Source of the DNA: Vibrio alginolyticus NBRC 15630 = ATCC 17749
GTDB lineage: Bacteria > Pseudomonadota > Gammaproteobacteria > Enterobacterales > Vibrionaceae
Direction of reading: 5' to 3'
Assembly (NCBI RefSeq): GCF_000354175.2
Contig: NC_022349.1
Coordinates: forward strand, 1,440,001-1,472,000
DNA length: 32,000 nt
Shown here piece after piece: positions 26,928 to 32,000 of the stretch. A program made the position numbers and the translations under genes. The first letter of the stretch is position 1, and each line of letters opens with the position of its first letter. Under the pieces are notes generated by a model, which was given only the letters and a program-made list of their open reading frames with translations, ran no database searches and was not told where the DNA came from.

Positions 26928-28001
26928 CTACTCTTGTTCGACAGGTTCGTTTTCTTCCGTGCTTGGTAATGCATGCCATACGGCTTTGACTAATGTCGCT
27001 AAAGGAATGGCGAAGAACACCCCCCAAAAACCCCACAGCCCACCAAAGACTAATACAGCCACAATGATAGCAACTGGGTGTAAGTTTACTGCCTCGGAAA
27101 ACAGAACAGGAACCAACACATTACCATCCAGCGCCTGGATAATACCGTAAGCAAGCAACAACCAATAAAACGGAGGCGTTAAACCCCATTGGAACAAACC
27201 AACGATAGCAACAGGTACAGTAACAGCCGCCGCACCGATATAAGGAATCAAAACCGACAGACCAACGGCTACGGCAAGCAACGCCGAGTAACGAAGATCT
27301 AAAAGGGCAAAAGTCACGTAGCTCACACCGCCCACGATTAAAATCTCTAACACTTTACCGCGAATGTAATTTGATATCTGCTCGTTCATTTCATGCCAAA
27401 CTTTATTCGCCAATTTACGGTTTTTCGGCAGAATACCGCTTGCGATTCGCAGCATTTCTTCTTTGTCTTTAAGCAAAAAGAAGATAAGGAGTGGCACTAA
27501 GATCAAATATACCGCTAGCGTTGCAATGCTAACTAATGAAGCAAGCGACCCTTTGACGACACTTTCACCCAGCCCCAGTGCTTGGTTTTTGGCGTTCGTC
27601 ACCACGGTTTCTACTATTTCTAAATTGGCTAGTTCAGGATGGCGCTCTGGCAATGTGACAATAAACTTTTGTAGCCCGTTGTACATGTTCGGAATATCGT
27701 TAATTAGATTACCGACCTGAGTCCAAATCGTCGGAACCAAGCCAAACAACGCAATTAACATCAACCCGACAAAGACCAAGATAACGATAATAACCGACAA
27801 GGTGCGCGGCACGCCTATACGACACATTTTGACAACTGGCCATTCAAGTAGATAAGCCAAAACGATCGCGACAAGTAATGGCGCAATCAAGTGTCCAAAG
27901 AAGTAAATGGTGATAAAGCCAAACAGCAAGATCGCGACGAGACTTACTGCGTGAGGGTCAGAGAAACGTCGTTTATACCAACGACTAACCATTTCAAACA
28001 T
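26928..28001 (-). CDS. perM: AI-2E family transporter (PerM/YfgO-like permease)
   Basis: 357 aa with about 8 transmembrane helices and AI-2E/UPF0118-like architecture. It is divergent from bepA, as in E. coli. Confidence 0.82.
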   Translation of the reverse strand: MFEMVSRWYKRRFSDPHAVSLVAILLFGFITIYFFGHLIAPLLVAIVLAYLLEWPVVKMCRIGVPRTLSVIIVILVFVGLMLIALFGLVPTIWTQVGNLINDIPNMYNGLQKFIVTLPERHPELANLEIVETVVTNAKNQALGLGESVVKGSLASLVSIATLAVYLILVPLLIFFLLKDKEEMLRIASGILPKNRKLANKVWHEMNEQISNYIRGKVLEILIVGGVSYVTFALLDLRYSALLAVAVGLSVLIPYIGAAAVTVPVAIVGLFQWGLTPPFYWLLLAYGIIQALDGNVLVPVLFSEAVNLHPVAIIVAVLVFGGLWGFWGVFFAIPLATLVKAVWHALPSTEENEPVEQE

Positions 28002-28002
28002 C

Positions 28003-28263
28003 TTATGCGGATTCCTTATTGAAGACAGTCAATGTGTAGTGCTCTGATGTAGATTGGCAATCAACTGAGTACCCTTGGGCACTAAGATAGTTCACAATGT
28101 CTCGTTTAGAGCTGTTGTCCACCACTTGAATGACAAGTTGATGATACTGCTTTGCTTCTCCTTGAAAGACCTCAGCAGCATGACGCTTTGCAAGTAACAG
28201 TGCCATAGGACAACGTTGCTCACGCAAATCAAGTAACATGGATTCCATTGTATTGCTCTGCAC
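28003..28263 (-). CDS. TusA/SirA-like small sulfur-carrier family protein
   Basis: 81-86 aa. The start is uncertain (GTG 28263, ATG 28248 or ATG 28239). It carries LDLREQRCPMALLLAKR, against the TusA motif L-D-x-x-G-x-x-C-P-x-P. The stop codon lies 1 nt before the perM ATG. Confidence 0.55.
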   Translation of the reverse strand: MQSNTMESMLLDLREQRCPMALLLAKRHAAEVFQGEAKQYHQLVIQVVDNSSKRDIVNYLSAQGYSVDCQSTSEHYTLTVFNKESA

Positions 28264-28496
28264 TTATGATAGGGTTGTATTGTAACGGCTTTTTGAGCTG
28301 GTGCTAGCACTTCTGACATGATTTAACCACATGCTGAAATAGCTCGGATATAAAATAATTTACGAAACCAATTCATTTATTTCCGGTCTTACTGTTAGCT
28401 TATATCCTCACGGATAACCAAAACGTATGTGGCGCTGTTAATAGGCTCTCGACCTGTAACCACATGCTTATGTATTTTGGAGAACCTTGTAAACGT

Positions 28497-29948
28497 ATGT
28501 TAAAACGCACTCGCTCGCTAGTTTGCTTATGTCTTGCTGCTGCCATCAGTTCGCCGACAACTTATGCCAATAGCATTGACTTGCCAGACATTGGCACAGC
28601 TGCTGGTGGCACGCTTTCAATAGACCAAGAGTTGATTTATGGCGACGCCTATATGCGTATGCTCAGAGCCAGTAAACCTATCGTTAATGACCCTGCCATC
28701 AATGAATATATTGACTCTCTTGGGCACAAATTAGTGGCCAATGCGAATGATGTAAAAACGCCGTTCCACTTCTTTATGATTCGCGACCGTAATATCAACG
28801 CATTCGCGTTTTTTGGTGGCTATGTAGCGCTGCATTCTGGGTTGTTTCTTCATGCTCGTTCAGAAAGTGAGCTGGCCTCTGTTGTCGCTCACGAGATAGC
28901 GCACGTCACACAACGTCACCTTGCTCGGAGTATGGAAGAACAAGCGCGTCGCTCTCCGGCCACATTAGCCGCACTTGCGGGGGCACTACTACTTTCAATT
29001 GCCTCACCCGAAGCGGGGATGGCTGCAATTACAGCAGCAACCGCGGGCAACATGCAAAGTCAAATCAACTACACTCGTGCAAACGAAAAAGAAGCGGATC
29101 GCTTTGGTATTTCGACACTAGCAAAAGCCGGCTTTGATGTTCAAGCAATGCCAAGGTTTTTTGGCCGTCTTGCTGATGAGTATCGTTATGCGAGTAAACC
29201 GCCACCAATGCTCCTGACTCACCCTTTGCCTGAAGATCGAATTACCGATAGCCGTGCGCGAGCAAGAACCTATCCTCCAATGCGTGTTGTGCCTTCAATA
29301 GACTATCATCTAGCTCGCGCGCGCATTGTGGCTCGTTACGCTGGCATTGATGGACAAGCCGCCCTGAGCTGGTTTGAGAGAACCCAAAAGAAAGCCTCTG
29401 CGGACATTACACCTGCTTTTGATTATGGTCGAGCACTCGTGCATTTAGACAATAAACGCTTATCTCAAGCGGAACCAATTTTGAAAAAGTTACTGGAACA
29501 AGACCCAAGTAACCCGTTTTACTTGGACGCTATGACGGATTTATACATCGAGAAGAAGCAGCCAGAAAAAGCAACCGAGATGCTCCGCAAAGCGTTATCT
29601 CGTAACCCTCAAAATAAAGTATTGACCATTAACTACGCCAATGCGCTACTTGAGGACAATAAAAACGATCAAGCCACGCGAGTTCTTCAAAGATACACTC
29701 ATGACTATCCTGAAGATACAAATGGCTGGCACCTAATATCGAAGAGCTACCACGCGCTGGGGCGTAGCGATGAAGAGTTGGCTGCTCGAGCAGAAATTTT
29801 GGCATTGCGAGCAAATTGGAATAAAGCGATTCAATATTATAGTGAAGCAAGTAAAATGGCCAAGTTGGGCAGCTTAGAGCAAGCGCGATACGATGCCCGT
29901 ATCGACCAACTCATGATCCAAAGAGATCGATTCATGGCATTACAATAA
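28497..29948 (+). CDS. bepA: Periplasmic M48 metalloprotease/chaperone BepA (YfgC)
   Basis: 483 aa from MLKRTRSLVCLCLAAAISSPTTYA (signal peptide). It has the HEIAHV zinc motif, M48 hallmarks and C-terminal TPR repeats. Confidence 0.9.
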   Translation: MLKRTRSLVCLCLAAAISSPTTYANSIDLPDIGTAAGGTLSIDQELIYGDAYMRMLRASKPIVNDPAINEYIDSLGHKLVANANDVKTPFHFFMIRDRNINAFAFFGGYVALHSGLFLHARSESELASVVAHEIAHVTQRHLARSMEEQARRSPATLAALAGALLLSIASPEAGMAAITAATAGNMQSQINYTRANEKEADRFGISTLAKAGFDVQAMPRFFGRLADEYRYASKPPPMLLTHPLPEDRITDSRARARTYPPMRVVPSIDYHLARARIVARYAGIDGQAALSWFERTQKKASADITPAFDYGRALVHLDNKRLSQAEPILKKLLEQDPSNPFYLDAMTDLYIEKKQPEKATEMLRKALSRNPQNKVLTINYANALLEDNKNDQATRVLQRYTHDYPEDTNGWHLISKSYHALGRSDEELAARAEILALRANWNKAIQYYSEASKMAKLGSLEQARYDARIDQLMIQRDRFMALQ

Positions 29949-29964
29949 CGAAATGGAGAAAACC

Positions 29965-30315
29965 ATGTCAGTCGTGATTTATCACAACCCTCGTTGCTCA
30001 AAGAGCCGTCAAACACTTGAACTGCTTGAGCAAAATGGTGTTACACCGGAAGTCGTCAAATACCTAGACACACCACTTAACGTGGATGAACTAAAAGCGC
30101 TGTACGCCCAGCTTGGCTTTTCATCTGTACGTGAAATGATGCGCACTAAAGAAAGTGAATATAAAGAGCTTGGCTTAGGCGAAGACTCCGTCAGCGATGA
30201 GCAATTATTCGAAGCAATGGCGAAAAATCCAAAGTTGTTTGAGCGTCCGGTTGTCGTTGCTAACGGCAAAGCAAAAATTGGTCGCCCACCAGAGCAAGTG
30301 TTGGATATTTTATAA
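29965..30315 (+). CDS. arsC: Glutaredoxin-type ArsC-family reductase (YfgD-like)
   Basis: 116 aa from MSVVIYHNPRCSKSR, with GGAG 7 nt upstream. It follows bepA, as E. coli yfgD does. Confidence 0.85.
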   Translation: MSVVIYHNPRCSKSRQTLELLEQNGVTPEVVKYLDTPLNVDELKALYAQLGFSSVREMMRTKESEYKELGLGEDSVSDEQLFEAMAKNPKLFERPVVVANGKAKIGRPPEQVLDIL

Positions 30316-30885
30316 ATGGATTGCCAGATCCTTATTTTGTATTTCAGCCGTCATGGCTCGACAAAACAACTGGCAAGACAAATAGCAAGAGGAGTCGAAT
30401 CGACTCCTCAATGCCAAGTAATTTTGCGTACAGTTGAAGAATTGTCACCTCACTCACACTCCCCTTCTGATCCAATTGTTACTCTAGAGGAACTGAAAAC
30501 GTGCGACGGTCTAGCGTTTGGCAGTCCCGTCTGGTTTGGCAACATGGCTGCGCCTTTAAAGCACTTCTGGGATCAGACTACATCTTTATGGGTCAGTGGT
30601 GACTTAATCGATAAGCCTGCTTGTGTCTTTACCTCTTCGTCCTCGATGCATGGTGGTCAAGAAACAACGTTACAAAGCATGATGACCCCTTTATTGCATC
30701 ACGGGATGATGGTTTTGGGCATTCCTTATTCCGAGCCAGAGTTACACACTACGCAGTCCGGAGGCACTCCGTATGGCGCCAGCAGTGTAGGCCATGAGGC
30801 AACCCTAAGCAGTGAAGAGATTCGCCTGGCACAACAATTAGGCAAAAGGCTGGCAACTGCAGCGTTAAAACTAAAAGTCTGTTAG
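30316..30885 (+). CDS. WrbA-like flavodoxin-fold NAD(P)H:quinone oxidoreductase
   Basis: 189 aa with the FMN-binding start ILILYFSRHGSTKQLA and ...GSPVWFGNMAAPLKHFWD. The ATG abuts the arsC stop as TAAATG. Confidence 0.8.
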   Translation: MDCQILILYFSRHGSTKQLARQIARGVESTPQCQVILRTVEELSPHSHSPSDPIVTLEELKTCDGLAFGSPVWFGNMAAPLKHFWDQTTSLWVSGDLIDKPACVFTSSSSMHGGQETTLQSMMTPLLHHGMMVLGIPYSEPELHTTQSGGTPYGASSVGHEATLSSEEIRLAQQLGKRLATAALKLKVC

Positions 30886-30907
30886 TAAAATCAAGGATAG
30901 TTAATCG

Positions 30908-31348
30908 ATGTCTGACTCTTTAGACCAAACACCACTCGGTACACAGGCTAAAACCTATCGTTACCTGGCTTTATTTGGCAACTTAGCCTTATTAGCCTGG
31001 GTCGCTATTTGGCAGCTTGCGTTATCCCCTCACCCTCACCTCAGCAGCACAACACTTGCTATTGCTTGGTGTATTCCGCTACTACTTCCGTTGCCTGGTA
31101 TTTTAGCTGGTAAGCCTTACACTCATGCTTGGGCTAACTTTGTTCTTATGCTGTATTTCTTGCATGCGCTGACCATCCTCTATGTGGATGGGGGTGAACG
31201 CTGGCTTGCGGCAGTGGAACTGATACTGACTTCACTCGGTTTCGCTGGCAATATTTTGTTTGCTAGAGCGAGAGGCAAAGAGCTAGGTCTTAAGTTGAAA
31301 CGCCTCTCTCAAGTAGAAAAAGAAGAAAAAGCGAAATTCAATAAATAA
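30908..31348 (+). CDS. Membrane protein, DUF2069-like
   Basis: 146 aa with four transmembrane helices. It follows the wrbA-like gene in the arsC-wrbA-DUF2069 order that I recall from Pseudomonas. The family assignment is from memory. Confidence 0.6.
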   Translation: MSDSLDQTPLGTQAKTYRYLALFGNLALLAWVAIWQLALSPHPHLSSTTLAIAWCIPLLLPLPGILAGKPYTHAWANFVLMLYFLHALTILYVDGGERWLAAVELILTSLGFAGNILFARARGKELGLKLKRLSQVEKEEKAKFNK

Positions 31349-31400
31349 CGCCAATTGCAGTCAATCACTGATCATTGGTTCGAATACGAATTTAGAAAAC

Positions 31401-31429
31401 AAAAAGAGTCGCTATTGCGACTCTTTTTT
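31401..31429. terminator. Bidirectional rho-independent terminator
   Basis: AAAAAGAGTCGC-TATT-GCGACTCTTTTT, a perfect 12-bp stem with flanking A and T runs, between convergent genes. Confidence 0.85.
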
Positions 31430-31488
31430 ATGCTTACCACATTGGTCTTTGATCCTTGCGTTTCACGCCTGGAACGCTACCAAGGCGA

Positions 31489-32000
31489 TTACGATGCCGA
31501 GCGCCACTCGTAGATCAAGTCATACTGTTCTCGGACAGGCTCCACAATCATCGGCTGAGTTGGCTGTGTTTCGTCACTTGCTTCTGCCACAATATCTACT
31601 GGTACTTCAAGCTGCGCTTCTTTTGGCGTCGCGGCGTCTTTTGCTTCATTACTCTGAACCAATGGCTCTTCTTCTTGAGTTGAAGCTGGGGCATCAACTT
31701 CACCTAAAGGATCTTCAAAAACCATTAATTGAGAAATAGAAGAAGCTTCTTTCTCAAAAGCTTGTTGTGATGCCAAAAGGTGGATGTTGAGCGTTAACTC
31801 GTCCCCTTGAACACGCTTAATCTCTGTACCCGCAACCGAATTAAGTTGTTTTAACGCATTCTCTAAACGGAAGAAGTCCGTTGCAGAGGTTACATTAAGG
31901 ACTTTCACTGCTAGCGCTTTTGAAGACTTTCCTGAAACCACAACTGCACTCTTACTTGCATAGTAGTCTGCGATGCCATCCACCATTTCTGCAATAGCAT
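31489..32000 (-). CDS. DUF2066-like protein, C-terminal part; the gene continues past the right window edge
   Basis: The frame stays open beyond the listed M at 31986 to base 32000 (...AIAEMVDGIADYY). The C-terminal region is acidic and low-complexity. The family guess is from memory and context. Confidence 0.5.
   Translation of the reverse strand, partial: AIAEMVDGIADYYASKSAVVVSGKSSKALAVKVLNVTSATDFFRLENALKQLNSVAGTEIKRVQGDELTLNIHLLASQQAFEKEASSISQLMVFEDPLGEVDAPASTQEEEPLVQSNEAKDAATPKEAQLEVPVDIVAEASDETQPTQPMIVEPVREQYDLIYEWRSAS

Noticed and set aside
28092-28319. 75-aa minus-strand ORF overlapping the TusA-like gene in another frame
   Set aside because: It lacks the conserved Cys-Pro motif frame and has no ribosome-binding site. 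The TusA-like frame is the one coupled to perM.
31370-31395. GGTTCGAAT, resembling a tRNA T-loop, in the spacer after the DUF2069 gene
   Set aside because: No acceptor-stem complementarity or cloverleaf can be built from the flanking sequence. It is an isolated 9-mer.
1-32000. Search for mobile elements, CRISPR arrays, toxin-antitoxin or defence cassettes, and compositional islands
   Set aside because: There are no transposase, integrase or recombinase-like ORFs and no arrays of spaced repeats. The only tandem repeat is the 14-bp unit at 24418-24473. There is no abrupt compositional shift visible by eye. Gene order matches conserved core neighbourhoods.

Overview
This looks like a Vibrio-type chromosome-I segment made almost entirely of conserved core genes. 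I found no transposase or integrase, CRISPR array, tRNA or rRNA, prophage remnant or recognisable defence cassette.

Bases 260-17,865, all on the minus strand, hold the polar-flagellum regulatory and structural block. In order of transcription it reads: three tandem flagellin genes, flaG-fliD-flaI-fliS, flrA, flrBC and fliEFGHIJ. The promoter hierarchy can be read directly from the DNA. Each flagellin has a sigma28-type promoter (TAAA-N15-GCCGTTAA or GTCGATAA). Sigma54-type promoters (TGGCAC-N5-TTGC) precede fliE and flrB.

Bases 17.9-32 kb are a housekeeping block with the same gene order as the E. coli yfeX/yfeZ, yffB-dapE, bamC-dapA / gcvR-bcp and perM / bepA-yfgD neighbourhoods. It is followed by arsC-wrbA-DUF2069-DUF2066.

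I do not see a convincing undescribed multi-gene system. The items most worth a second look are:
- a perfect sigma54 promoter inside the flaG coding sequence;
- inverted repeats overlapping both intergenic sigma54 promoters, one of which doubles as the flrA terminator;
- a non-flagellar convergent gene where fliK is expected after fliJ;
- sigma28-like promoters antisense to a flagellin gene and inside a DUF2956-like gene;
- a 14-bp tandem repeat spanning the dapA stop codon;
- a TusA-like gene apparently translationally coupled to an AI-2E/PerM transporter;
- exact short repeats in the flrA and bepA control regions.

Every call rests on reading the supplied translations and the DNA by eye. No database search was run.
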